A stretch of 64,000 nt of DNA, taken from NCBI RefSeq assembly GCF_009914755.1, contig NC_060925.1; one strand, written 5' to 3'. Source of the stretch: the human T2T-CHM13v2.0 reference genome, Homo sapiens. Below are positions 13,320 to 29,969 of this stretch, in pieces. Made by a program: the position numbers and the translations under genes. How positions within the stretch are numbered: position 1 is the first letter of the stretch; each line of letters opens with the position of its first letter. Under the pieces are notes generated by a model, which was not told the DNA's origin, did no database searches, and saw only the letters and a program-made list of their open reading frames with translations.

Positions 13320-14424
13320 CAGGGGAATCAACACAGGAAAGAGGTAAAAGGAATTCCTGAATTGATAGCTTAGGGAAGACCGAATGGGCCAGCTATGTAA
13401 AAATCCCATGGTGATCCATTCCAGACTGGAACAGGATATAAATGTCTCCAGGTGGTAGGTCTTCAGAAAACAAAATGAAACCTACAGACTGAACATTATT
13501 ATGTATACACACTACTTGATTCAGCATGGAGAAATATTGTCCTCATTAGAATAATTTAACCAACCTTATGTGTTATCTTAATCATTCATTGATACAAAGT
13601 GCTTGCAGGGCTTCTAACAATCTCATGAGTTATTTTACATCCCAAAGTGTACAAAGTGTATGTGGTCTACACAAGGACTGTGTAGTTGCCTCATTGAACA
13701 AGCGTCCTTCCATTGTCTGTGACCAAGACACCCATTTTTAGTGGTCTTATAATGACAAATTACTACAGAACACGGTAGCATGTTTATTTTTAAAGTGTCC
13801 ATGGTCCTTTCCTTAAATTGATAGGCTTCTGGTATCCTGGGTCAAGTTTAATACCCACATACATGACATGGCTGTGTACAAACCATCACCATACAAAAAC
13901 ATAAGCGATTACACCCAGAAGCCTATTCATTCACTTTTGACACAGGCATTTGCTCATCTTGCATTGTCCAAGGGAATATGATATAAATGCAACTAAGCGA
14001 ATTTGCTGGATCTAAGGTCTCTATCAAAGGAAAGTGGTGGATGATGGCTGGCGGGCTAAGGAGAAGAAGCGGGAATTTCCTCCTGCCTCCATCCACAGTG
14101 CTCCCAGGCATGAAATGGCACCATGCAGAGGCCCCAGACGACCTGTGCTGGCTCTTTCAGTGGCACACAGACTTTCAGTCCTGCACTAATCTGAAGTGCT
14201 GGGTAAAGCTTCCCTGAGAACAGCTAATCATTATTAATTCCTTTAGAATTCATTGCAATAACATCAATCATAGCGAACTCATTCGGTATTAATATGGATG
14301 TAATGTGAAAATGAATAATGCACACAGGAGTTTTTATATTCCTATTTTAGAAAAATAGTTATGAACAATGTATTTCTCTTTCCATTGTCAAATCAGCGCC
14401 TCCGAGAGCTTTTCTATCAATTAC

Positions 14425-14648
14425 CTTCATCATCATTCCAGTTGAAATCTTGTCAGAGCAAACATATTTCAAAGGATTATATCCAACTCCATTACAGCAT
14501 TTCTGGCTCTTTGGAATAAGTTCAGTCTCACAGCATTTTACTGGCACCGGGTCATTCTTTTTAATATGTGCTTTAGACTCTCCACTGGAAGCTGAGCAGC
14601 ATATGGTATCTGACATATTCACATAATCCTGCCCACAACAGAACATAC
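14425..14648 (-). CDS. USH2A: Usherin exon 51 (224 nt, phase 1-0): MFCCGQDYVNMSDTICC...YVCSDKISTGMMMK
   Basis: tttattgttgcag|GTATGT and AAG|gtaatt. ORF 14359-14646. Four CC doublets. The TGC codon at 14535-14533 corresponds to Cys3358 by my numbering. Confidence 0.97.
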
Positions 14649-16132
14649 CTGCAACAATAAAATGTTATATATGAATATGAAATAGAAAAAGGGAAGAAAA
14701 CTGAGGCTGCTATAAAGTTTGGTATAAAAATGTCAGGCTCAGGCAGTTGCTGAAATGGTGCAATACCTAAGGTAGCATTTCCCTACCAAGGTGATTTAAA
14801 TGTGCAGTGAGGGTCCTTCTTACCAAGAGCACTAGACACTAATTAGGAAAAGAACACACAAGAGGAAATGTTCGAAAATCATTCAGCTGGGCCAAACTTC
14901 TCTCATGCTCCATAAAAAGAGATAGGATTTCTGTCATGAAAACTGCCTGCGCATTTTGTGATGATAACATCTTGTTGCAGAAGAAGGTTAGTTAAACTAT
15001 AGGGACTCTGAGAAAGCTCTAGAAATTCATAAGGGAGAAAAGGTCACCCAAGTACTCTGGGATAAAAGCCCAGGCAGAGTGGAAAGGTAGCACCATCCTA
15101 GAACTGGAAGCCCTGCGGGAGAAGCAGTGCAAGTTTTGGCTTAGCTTTATTTAGGGTACAAATATTTGTTTCTTGTGAATTTAGCTGCAATGGTAACCAT
15201 GTTTTCTGCATGAGATGGATTTGGTATTTATTCATAATCAGCTGAGCATGTTCACTGATCAGGTGCACTAATCAGCCACTATTTTTTGAGCCTCACTCTG
15301 TTCTAGACCCATCACAGACACAGGTGACAGGCTGGGGGCAGCCGCAGAAAGACCTTGTAGAGAGGATCACTGATCCCCACATCTAAACGAAAGACACACG
15401 TACCTGAGATACCAAATAGACATTTTCTCCCACCAAATTTAGTTTAATTACCTGCATTTGCATCATTTAGATATTGCCATCAAAGAGAAATGGCAGAAAT
15501 TTTAACATTAAAGCAGGAATAAATTAACACTACTCTAGAGACAGATCAAGCTAGAAATCAAGGTGGCTATACTGCATGTCACAGTGTTTTTATATTAGAA
15601 TTTATATCCAGTTATATAGCAGCACAATGTGATGAATGATTTATTTTAATTGGAATTTTGTTTGTTTATTATTAGTTCCGACTGATAACATAAAGAACCT
15701 CAAATTCAAAGTGCCCTGGGGTCCTGAATTGTTTAATCTGGTCCTGTGTAAACATCTACATTATTAAAGACACTCAAATAAAAGATCAAAAGTGCTTTTA
15801 AAAAAAATCATTGAAAGTAGACATTGGTTTGGCACATGCCTTAAGAAAGATGTTTATCCACACATGACTCCAAAGAACCCTCTCATTCATCTTTTTACTT
15901 ACAAAAGTCTCTAATATTAAAAACTCTTATTTATGATTAATGATATACACTGATTCTAACAGAGCTTTGGCATACCATGTTTATCTAATGTGATAACTCT
16001 TCGAAGTAATTGGTTTACAAATTAACTGCTATATTTATAATTTTAGTGGTTTTAACATTTCTAGGAAAAGTTATCTCAAATTAATACAAAGAGCAGGGCT
16101 CATTTTAGTCTGAGTCTGGATTATGGTGGGTA

Positions 16133-16270
16133 TATATGTGTGTATGTATAAGTACATACCCAAATACACATATTTATGTGTGTGTAGCTATGTATGTATG
16201 CATATGTATGTGTATATATACACACACAAATACATATAAATATATACATACATGAGTGTACACACACACA
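16133..16270. repeat. Compound (TG/TA/CA) low-complexity repeat
   Basis: Direct inspection. Confidence 0.8.
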
Positions 16271-18807
16271 TAAACTAAAAAGAAAAATCCGTAGCTTCAA
16301 GTTTTATATTGTTCGGGCATTTTTCTGCCCCTTCTGATTAGACATTTAAATACAACCATGGATTTTTTTACTGTTAATTTTTTCTCTGGCAGTTTTCTGA
16401 AGACAATTCATGTTTCTCTTTTAAAGAGCAATCAAAATTTGAAAACTGGCCCTTTAGGGAGCGGAATATATTCTCCCCCTCTCATTCCCAAATTACTTCA
16501 TGGTTTCACTATGCTTTAAGTATAAAATAAAAATGCAGACATTGACCTAATTTGAAACTCCTAATCAGTCATCTGATCACTCTGAGGGACTTCTGACAGG
16601 TCAACTAAAATTTTGATAATGAACTGTTTTTAAACTAGAAAAAAAAGATGCCTTCTTTCACAAAGAGCTTCATCTTTGTATTACTGAATTGAAATTTTCA
16701 GCCAAGATTTCACTCACATAACAAGAAGTGACTCCCTTTTTAGATTCTTTGGTAAACCATTACTTCTTTAATTATTATCAACCTTGTTCCAGTGTGATAA
16801 ATTGCTAATTACTTAATACCCTAATCAGCGTTCATTCTTTGCACAGATAAACTGTGACAGTGCCATTAATTTAAATAGTAATTTCACTTAATGGCCAGAA
16901 CGGCACACCAGATTTTTATGCAGCATTTTCTGAAGACTGCATCCATCACTGCAATATTCTGACATAAAGATGTCTGACGTGCACTAACTCACTTAGGGAG
17001 AGCAGATGTTGCGGAGCAGAGTTTGGTAGTAATTCCCATAGTGCATCACTTCAGCATGAATGAGCTGCAAATTCAGAGACAGACAATCTTCCGAAACTGC
17101 ATTGCAATAACTTTCGACCCCTACCTAATTTATCACATGTAGCACTTGACTTTTGAACTTTGACACACGGAATGCACGATTTTAAATATGCCCAAAGAAA
17201 AACAAAATAGGTCATGCATTATTGATGGATTGGTCCATTCTTCCAGAGCCTCTTCATTAAATTTGTACAAAAGGTGGAGTGTGTCTTTGAACAAAATGCA
17301 GATGTTAGTAAAGTGGTACAGTACACATTAAACTAGTAGGTGTTTATTTTTCAGATGAAAAAGCATATATTGTCTTTCTAAACTGTATATATATCCAATG
17401 GTTTCCATTGATTGGACACAACTGAGAAAATAGTGGAGGAAAAAATTTTTACTCACAATATTATTAATACTTCAAATATGTTACCAATGCTTATTTCATA
17501 TCTATGTCTAAAAAGAAAAGCATTTATAAGCATATCTGTTGGATGAATTTCTAAATAGTTAAGACTGCAAAACTGGGATTCCACTTTTTTTTAAAGAAGA
17601 CCAAGAATTATGTATCATGCCTTTGAGATAAAAATAGTATAGTAGTAAAATCCAGTCTGGAATATGACAAATCATTGTGAAACTCTGAGATTGTTCATGG
17701 GGACCAAATTTTAAGCCAAGGGATATTTTAGGCCTAGAAGAAAAAAAAGGTTTGTGATTAGTCATCCTTAGGACAAATGTATAACATTTGTGGCAGAGCA
17801 TGAAAGAAAAGAAATTCACACTTGTCTTCACCAGTAGATGGCTCTGTGACTACCACCACAAAACAGAGGGTAGAGTAAAAATGCTCCCCAAATCATTGTG
17901 ATACATTTTATAGCACTGATATATTACACTTTTCAAAAAAAAAATCATTCTGTTTTATGGAAATCTTCCAGGGAAATGTTTTTTCAATGCCACCCTTACA
18001 CCATGGACTTCTGTAATTATACTTCCCTCTGCAAAATTCCCAAATTCCCATCTTATGAAACAAACAGCGATAGTCATTTGTTCTACTGAAGTCAGAGTCC
18101 AGGACATGAAAACTCAGTCTTGTATTCTGAAACAATTTCAACTCAGAGTTTCACATCAAAGGCCGCATGGACAAAGTTTATAATATAAATAAGTCAATAT
18201 ATTCCAAAGTCATCTCATGATCAGTTTCCCATGGCTAATAGAAAAATCTGTCCTCTTTGAATGAAACGGAGGTTTTAATTTTTCACCTTTTCATACTAAG
18301 GGATATAATCAAGTCCAATCCAAGATTAATGGCATAAATGATAAAGCTATATAAGCAAACACTAAGAAAAAAATGAGTAATAAATAGGTTTAAAATCTAT
18401 TCAAAGAAAATGGCTAAGAATACATATCCACTGAAATGACACGCATGACTTTCATCCCGAGATACCTGTATAACACTTCTACACAACGCATCTGCCCAGA
18501 GAGAGCACTAAAAACATAAACGCCACCCCAGCACTTCTGTTCCAACAGCATCTGTTAATTCACTCCATTTATAAAATACATATTGACAAAGACAACTGAA
18601 CTGGGACCAGGGAGATTTGATTTGGTGTGAGAAAGTCAATTCAATGTGATTTTGTTAAAGGGCTCCTGCAGGCAAATAAAAGAGTTTAAGTAATAAAGTA
18701 CATAAAGAGATGTTTTACGAGCCAGCCCGGTCTCGTGGCAGGCACACAATGCCAGGCAGCGAGAGAGGCCAGGCTTAGGAACGATATTATGAGATCCAAA
18801 CACTTAT

Positions 18808-18962
18808 GTAGCAGGTATGCTGTTTGTTGCTAGGTTGAGGAGAAAAAGGGCCATATGGATATTCTGGAAGGTCATTAAGGTCACAGTCATTAGGGGCTAC
18901 AGGAGTGAACGGCAGCAGAGAGAGGAAAAATACATGTGGAATCTGTCTATTTTCAGTGCAAC
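18808..18962 (-). other. USH2A: Latent 155-nt pseudoexon in intron 50 (non-activated allele)
   Basis: Strong acceptor ttttattctcttgactttctttctgcag|GTTGCA. Near-donor TAC|ATAAGTG whose +1 A (18807) lies exactly 4159 nt upstream of exon 51, matching recalled c.9959-4159A>G. Confidence 0.85.
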
Positions 18963-20171
18963 CTGCAGAAAGAAAGTCAAGAGAATAAAAAGATATATTT
19001 TTTCCTTTGTAAAACTATTATTCCTTAAGTCCACTATGATTATCAGAGTTGGCAGAGCTGTAGAATGCCATGAGAAACTCTAGAGCTTATCTTGATTCGC
19101 AAGAGTTGAGGGCTGTCACCATTTGTGTAAGAAATGTTTGACTGGCATGCGACATCATCTTGGAGTAAATAAAGAAGTGATTCTGAAATTTGAGTTCATG
19201 GATGGAGTTCAAGGGTGGATAAAATTACAGGCAAATTTTTGTGTATATTCCATGCACTATTATTCAGAGTGAGGGTTTGTAACTTCCAAAAGATTCAAAA
19301 GGAAAACAAGTTAAGAACCATTGTCCTAGTGGACGGTAACCTCCATTCCACTTCTTAGAACAGATGTATTTTACTTCATGCCAGGGGTGTTCTGACTTCT
19401 CTTTCCTTCTCTATTGTATTTGTTCTGACACCTAAATTTAATCTTAAACTACAGTTCTTATCATCATATTGACTCTTCCCTGAGTGCTAAATAATGTTCA
19501 AATCCTTTTGCCTACTCAGATTTATCTCCTTTCTTCCTTACACAGAGTGTATACCTCCTGTAAACCAAAGCACACGCTATTATTTGTGTTTTGCAGATTG
19601 CTAATTTCACAGTTTAGCTCAAGCCACACCTGCCAAAATCATACTCACTGTTTGAGATTCCAATCCAATGGAACAACCCCCTTCATTACCTTGACTGGAG
19701 TGATCTCTCCGTCTTAAGAATATGCATGCATTCATCCCTCTCTTATGGTCTGTGTATAACCTTGTAGGCACTTTTCTCCTTGATTAGGTTGTAAGTTCTT
19801 GAGGATAAAAACGGAATCTTGGCCATTTTTACACTTGCAAAGCACCAAGAATGATGTCTTGAATATGGTTACTACATAATACATATTTAACAAAGGACGG
19901 AGTATAGCAGTTGACTAATTCTTTTAAAAAGCTACAGATGAACAAACACACTAAAATCAAATATTTTGCTGTCATTTTTAAACTCTGATGTATTAGAGTA
20001 CACAGGAGGTAACACTTTTGCACCCTCCCTGCCACCTTGGTTCTATCTTTAATAGACCTGTTATTAGCTACTTCATCTAAAGGAGGAGGAGGTATTCAAC
20101 TGGTTAGTCATAGTACAGGATAACTAATTAGTTGCCATAATTTTCTAGTAGACGTTACTATGACTTTAAGC

Positions 20172-20577
20172 AGTGGTTCTCAAATTATGGTCTCAGGATC
20201 CTTTTATACGCTTACGAATTATTGAGGACCCCAAATACCTTTTGTTTATATGGGTTTTACCTGTTGATATGTACTGTGTTAAAACTTACGGCAGAAATTT
20301 TTGAAATATTTATTAATGCATTTAGACATAAAATAATAAATCTATAACATTCTAACATATTTATGAAAATAAATGTTTTTCAAATAAAAAATAGAAGAAT
20401 GACATTGTGTTATATTTTTGCAAGCTTTTTAAATGTTTAGTTAAGAGAAGTCAATTTAATTTTCTTTCTGAGTCTGCATTCGATCTGTTGCAAATCATGC
20501 CATGTAACATCTGAAAAGCTCTGCTGTACACATAGGAGAGAATAAGAGTTAAAAAGGCATATAGTAGTTTAGTATCA
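20172..20577. mobile_element. hAT-Charlie DNA transposon fragment (Charlie4a/MER80-like)
   Basis: Starts cagtggttctcaaa...ttattgaggacccc, a recalled Charlie terminus. Confidence 0.65.
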
Positions 20578-22605
20578 CAGGCTTACTTCACGTTATTGTG
20601 CTTTGATTTACTGCACTTTGCAGAGACTGCATTTTTTTACAAATTGAAGTTTTGTGGCCACCCTGCATCAAGAAGTCTATTGGTGCCAATTTTCCAATAG
20701 CACGTGTTCGCTTCGTGTCTCTGTCACATTTTGATGATTTTCACAATATTTTAAACTTTTTCATTATTATTATATTTGTTATATTTTTATATTTTTAATT
20801 TTTATATTTTATATTTATATTTGTGGTCAATGACCTTTGATGTTACTATGGTAATTGTTTTAGCGTGTCATGAACCTTGCCCATATAAGACGGAAAGCTT
20901 AGTTGATGAGCGTCCTGTGTGTTCTGACTGTTTCACAGACCAGCCGTTCCTTTATCTTTCTCCCTCTCCTCAGGCCTTCCTATTCTCTGAGGCACAGCAA
21001 TATTAAAATTAGGCCAATTAATTACCTTACAATAGCCTCCAAGTGTTCAAGTGAAAGGAAGAGTCTCATGTCTCTCACTTTAAATCAAAAGCTAGGAATG
21101 ATTAAGCTTATTGAGGAAGGCATGTGGAAAGCCAAGACAGGCCAAAAACTAGACCTCTCATGCCCAACAGTTAGCCCAGTTATGCATGCAAAGGAACAGT
21201 TCTTGAAGGTGCTCCTCTTCTTCCCACACCTTCTTCTCTTTTCTGTACCATTCCTTCTTGAACATATCTTTTCCCCTGGACAGTATCTCTTTATTATATC
21301 TTATAAGGTATGTGAGAATGATGACAAATCTTGTGGGTCTTATGGCCTTCAACCGTGGTCCAGGTAAGATTTCTATTTCACTTATCATTCACTTATGAAT
21401 AAGTGAAACAGCCTTATTGCTGATATGAAGACACTTTGAGTGGTCTGGATAGAAGATCAAATCAGTCACAATAGTCCCTTAGGCCAAAGCCTAGTCCAGG
21501 CAAGGCTCTTACTCTCTTTAATTCTATGAAGGCTGAGAGAGATGAGGAAGCTGCAGAAGAATAGATGAAAGCTAACAGAAGTTGGTTCATGAGGTTTAAG
21601 AAAAAAAGCCATCTTCATAACATAAAAGTGCAAGGTGAAGCAGCAAGTGCTGATGTAGAAACTGCTGCCTCAAGTTACCCAGAACACCTAGGTAAGATCA
21701 CTGATGAAGGTGGCTACACTAAACAACAGATCTTCATTGTAGATGAAATAGCCTTGTACTGGAAGAAGATGCCAACTAGAGCTTTCATAGGTAGAGGGAA
21801 AAAGTCAACGCCTGGTTTCAAAGTTTCAAAGGACAGGTTGACTCTCCTGCTGGGGGGCTAAAGCAGCTGGTGACTTTAAGTGGAAGCCCATGCTCATTGA
21901 CCACTGCAAAAACTCTAGGGCCCTTAATAATTATGCTAAATCTATTCTGCTTGTGCTTGTAAATGGAACAAAAAGGCTGTATGATTACATATCTGTTTAC
22001 AATATGGTTTACTATGTATTTTAAGCTCATTATTGAGACCTACTGCTCAGAAAAAAGATATTTCTTTTAAAATATTAATACTCACTGACAATTCATCTGG
22101 TCACTCAAGAGCTCTGATGGAAATAGACAAGAAAATTAATGTTTACATGCCTATTAACACAGCATAGGTCAAGTAGTCATTTTGACTTTCCAGTTTTATT
22201 ATTTAAAAATACATTTTGTAAGGCTATAGCTGCCATAGATAGTAATTCCTCTGATGGATCTGGACAAAGTAAATTGAAAACCTGGAAAGGATTCACCATT
22301 CTAGATGCAATTAAGAATATTCATGATTCATGGGAAGAAGTCAAAATATCAACATTAACAGGAGTTTAGAGGAAGTTGATTCCAACCCTCATGGATGACT
22401 AAGGGGTTTTAGACTCAAAATGGAAAAAATAACTGCAGATGCAGTGGAAATAGCAAGAGAACTGGAATGAGAAGTGAAGCCTGAAGAGGTAACTGAATTG
22501 CTGCAATCATAAAACTAACAGATGAGGAGTTGCTTCTTAGGGAGGAGCAAAGAAAGTGGCTTCTTGAGATGGAATCTATGCCTGGTGAAGATACTGTGAA
22601 CATTA
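20578..22605 (+). mobile_element. Tigger1 (TcMar) with decayed transposase, 3'-truncated, carrying a foreign insert at 21210-21398
   Basis: TIR-like caggcttacttc. ORFs 20903-21367 (SERKSLMSLTLNQKLGMIKL), 21565-21861 (WFMRFKKK...[13 protein letters not shown]...KDRLTLLLG) and 22139-22369 are Tigger/pogo transposase pieces. Confidence 0.93.
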
Positions 22606-23252
22606 ACTTCATATTTTAATTTTCTTGTCTTTAAAAGCCCCACCTCCAATAACATAAATGTCAGGCTTCCCAAAATCTGGATCTGACTGTGTGGTATTTA
22701 GCAAGATAATGTCTAATATCTAATGTCTGAACTTCAGTTTCTTCATTTTTAAAATGCAGATAATTGATAGTACCTATCATGTAAGATTATTGTGAAGATT
22801 ATTTGAGGTAATAATATATAAAATATTGGCACAGTGTCTGTTAGTATTCATTCAATGATACTTATTGTTATTTATATTAGTGTTAGCTTAATACAGTAGA
22901 ATAAGGGAGTAAAAGAATTATAACAAAATATCATTATAATAATTTTGTATACTATTTGCTAGGAAATATTCTTTTCATTCATAACCAATGCATTCATGTG
23001 TGGAATGTTTTTTGGAGGACATGACCTTTTCAAGAGGAAAAAAAATTGATGCGTTTTTATGAAATACATGAGATACATGTAAAAATTGGGAGATTACATT
23101 GTTATGTGTTAAACAATATGTTCCTAATTATTGCATTAGATATAACCAATGTGAGCTTTAATTACTTATTTGTTTTATTTCTAGGGCAAATTTCTCACTC
23201 TCTCTGCTTCTCAGATCCTCCATCTACTGAAAGGTAGACCTGGGCCCCTTAC

Positions 23253-23471
23253 CTGGAAGGCGATTGTACACCACTCCTTCTTCTCCACCACAACACTCTA
23301 AATCGTTGCTCACAATCTGTCTGCCACAGCACTTCTGGCCATGGCCATCATGAAGCCTCCCAGCACAGCAAATCTGGTTTCCTGAGGTGGAGTACGGCAT
23401 TCTGCCACAGCAGGAATCACCAATGCCAACAGAAACCCGATTGTGCTGTTCATCTGGACAGCATACTTCAC
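23253..23471 (-). CDS. USH2A: Usherin exon 50 (219 nt, phase 1-1): EVCCPDEQHNRVSVGIGDSCCGRMP...ECCGGEEGVVYNRLP(G)
   Basis: ttgacag|GTGAAG and CAG|gtaagg. ORF 23224-23478. Five CC doublets. Confidence 0.97.
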
Positions 23472-24050
23472 CTGTCAATTTAGGACAATAATAATCATTA
23501 CATCAGTTAAAAAAATATGCTATGACTAACAATTAACTTTTATCACAATCATCTTGCAGATCCCAACTGATTGACAGAATTACTAAAGAGAATAATATCA
23601 TATTGGAGTTGCAAAATTTCCAAATGACTCCAAAGTTTTTGTGTATAAACGTGTGTCAGATCAGATACACACATGGCAACTTACAGGTAAGTCTATGTTG
23701 TCTATTTCCTCACCATCAGGTCTGGTGACATGGACTATGTGGCATTATAGAAAAACATCTAGGAATACTTTTTTGTTCTGTGTAATTTTCTTTTGGAAAG
23801 TAGAGTGGATTCAAAAACCAACTATTGATAAATTTATATTGCTTATGACTATAATTTCCTTGACCAAACTATATTTGTTCAACCAAACAAAATACTCCCA
23901 TTGGGAAGGTTAATTACATGAGAGGAGGTAAAAAATACTGTATTTAAGTCAGTGTGCTAGTACTTCTCTGGGCTATGTCACACACTGAATTTTACTACAT
24001 TTCTCTTCACATGACAGTCTGGGAAATTTGGGATAAGAATAAGATAATCC

Positions 24051-24360
24051 ACCAGGTGTGGTGCTTTACACCTGTAATCCCAGCACTTTGGGAGGCCTAG
24101 GTGGGTGGATAACTTGAGGCCAGGAGTTCAAGACCAGCCTGGCCAACATGGTGAAACCCCATCTCTACTAAAAATAAAAAAATTATCCAGGCTTGGTGGT
24201 GCATGCCTGTAGTCCCACCTACTCGAGAGGCTGAGGCACGAGAATTGCTTGAACCCGGGAGGCGGGAGGCAGAGTGCGCAGTGAGCCAGGATTGTTTCAC
24301 TGCACTCCAGCCTGGGCATATCTAAAAAACAAAAACAAACAAACAAAAAAAACAAAAAAC
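24051..24360 (+). mobile_element. AluS, full length
   Basis: Alu dimer with A-rich tail. TSD agaataagataatc / agaattagataatc. Confidence 0.93.
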
Positions 24361-24439
24361 AGAATTAGATAATCTTTTGCCTGGTACCTTAAAATCAAAG
24401 GACTCAAATACTCTAAATACCAAGAGTTAGCTTGTTTGT

Positions 24440-25129
24440 TTGTTTGGTATAAAGACAACTCTAAAGGACAGAAGATTTTGTAAATGGCTTCCCTTAAGGA
24501 TACCTTCAAAAGAACTAATAAAAACTTGGTGGATCTGAAATCCAAGCTTCATTTCTCTTCTCTATCTCATGACCCCACTGTGGTTGTCTTCCCTCGTGGC
24601 CTTCGGAACCCTGACTTCCTTCTCTCTTTTGTCCTGCTCCTCCTCTTCTTCCTACACCTTCAACAGACCTTCTTCCCTTTTCTCTACCGTTCTTTCTTGA
24701 ACATATCTTTTCCCCTGGACAACATCTCTTCATTATATCTTATAAGGTATGTGAGTATGATGACCAATCTGATGGGTCTTATGGCCTTCAACCATGGTCC
24801 AGGTAAGATTTCTATAATCCAATTAATGACTTGTCAAGCTTTCTTAAGAAATGGCACAAATCCACTGAAGAATTTAGGACTGCCTTAGGGATTTATAGTC
24901 CTAGACTTCTTCTCAATTAGTTCACCTTTTGGTGAGCCCTGGATATCCTAAAATTTGTTTAGTAAAAGCAAGATGTACTGTTTACCAAAATGATATAAAA
25001 ATATGGGACAATATTTAATTAAACATAGATATATAAGGAGTATAAATAATAAGACAATAACTCTCAGCAGCTATCCTTGAGATCTTTTCTTTCCAAATTT
25101 ATTGGCCAAAAATCCATCTCACTAGATGA

Positions 25130-25130
<1 letters not shown>
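24440..25130 (+). mobile_element. Decayed ERV1-class internal sequence, gag 5' part
   Basis: Remnant gag-like peptides PWSR, EEFRTALGIYSP and QLVHLLV. Continues after the L1 block at ~29970. Confidence 0.55.
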
Positions 25131-29640
<4,510 letters not shown>

Positions 29641-29960
29641 AAGAAAATGCACTAAGTGAAATAAGCCAGACACAAAAAGACAAATATTGTATGATTCCAA
29701 TTATATTAGGTACCTAGAGTAGTCAAATTCATAGAGACCAAAAACAGAATGGTGGTTTCCAGGGGTTGAAGATAACGGGGAGTGGAAAGTTAGTGCTTAA
29801 TGGAAACAGAGTCTGAGCTTGAGAAGATAAAAGAGCTCTAGAGATGGATGGTGGTAATGATTGTACAACAATGCAAATGTACTCAATGCCACTGAATTGT
29901 GTGCTTAAAAAATGGTTAAAATGATAAATTTTATGTGGTGTATACTTTACCACAAAAAAG
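29641..29960 (+). mobile_element. L1M 3' end, right part
   Basis: ctaagtgaaataagccagacacaaaaagacaaatattgtatgattcc resumes the element interrupted at 27319. Confidence 0.88.
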
Positions 29961-29969
29961 TCCTGTAAA

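Noticed and set aside
21355-21372. Plus-strand CAG|GTAAGA donor (also at ~24800) as an antisense transcript exon
   Set aside because: It comes from the duplicated ERV segment. No promoter or partner exon is supportable from sequence alone.
20903-22369. Domesticated Tigger transposase (TIGD-like)
   Set aside because: Broken by stops, frameshifts and a foreign insert.
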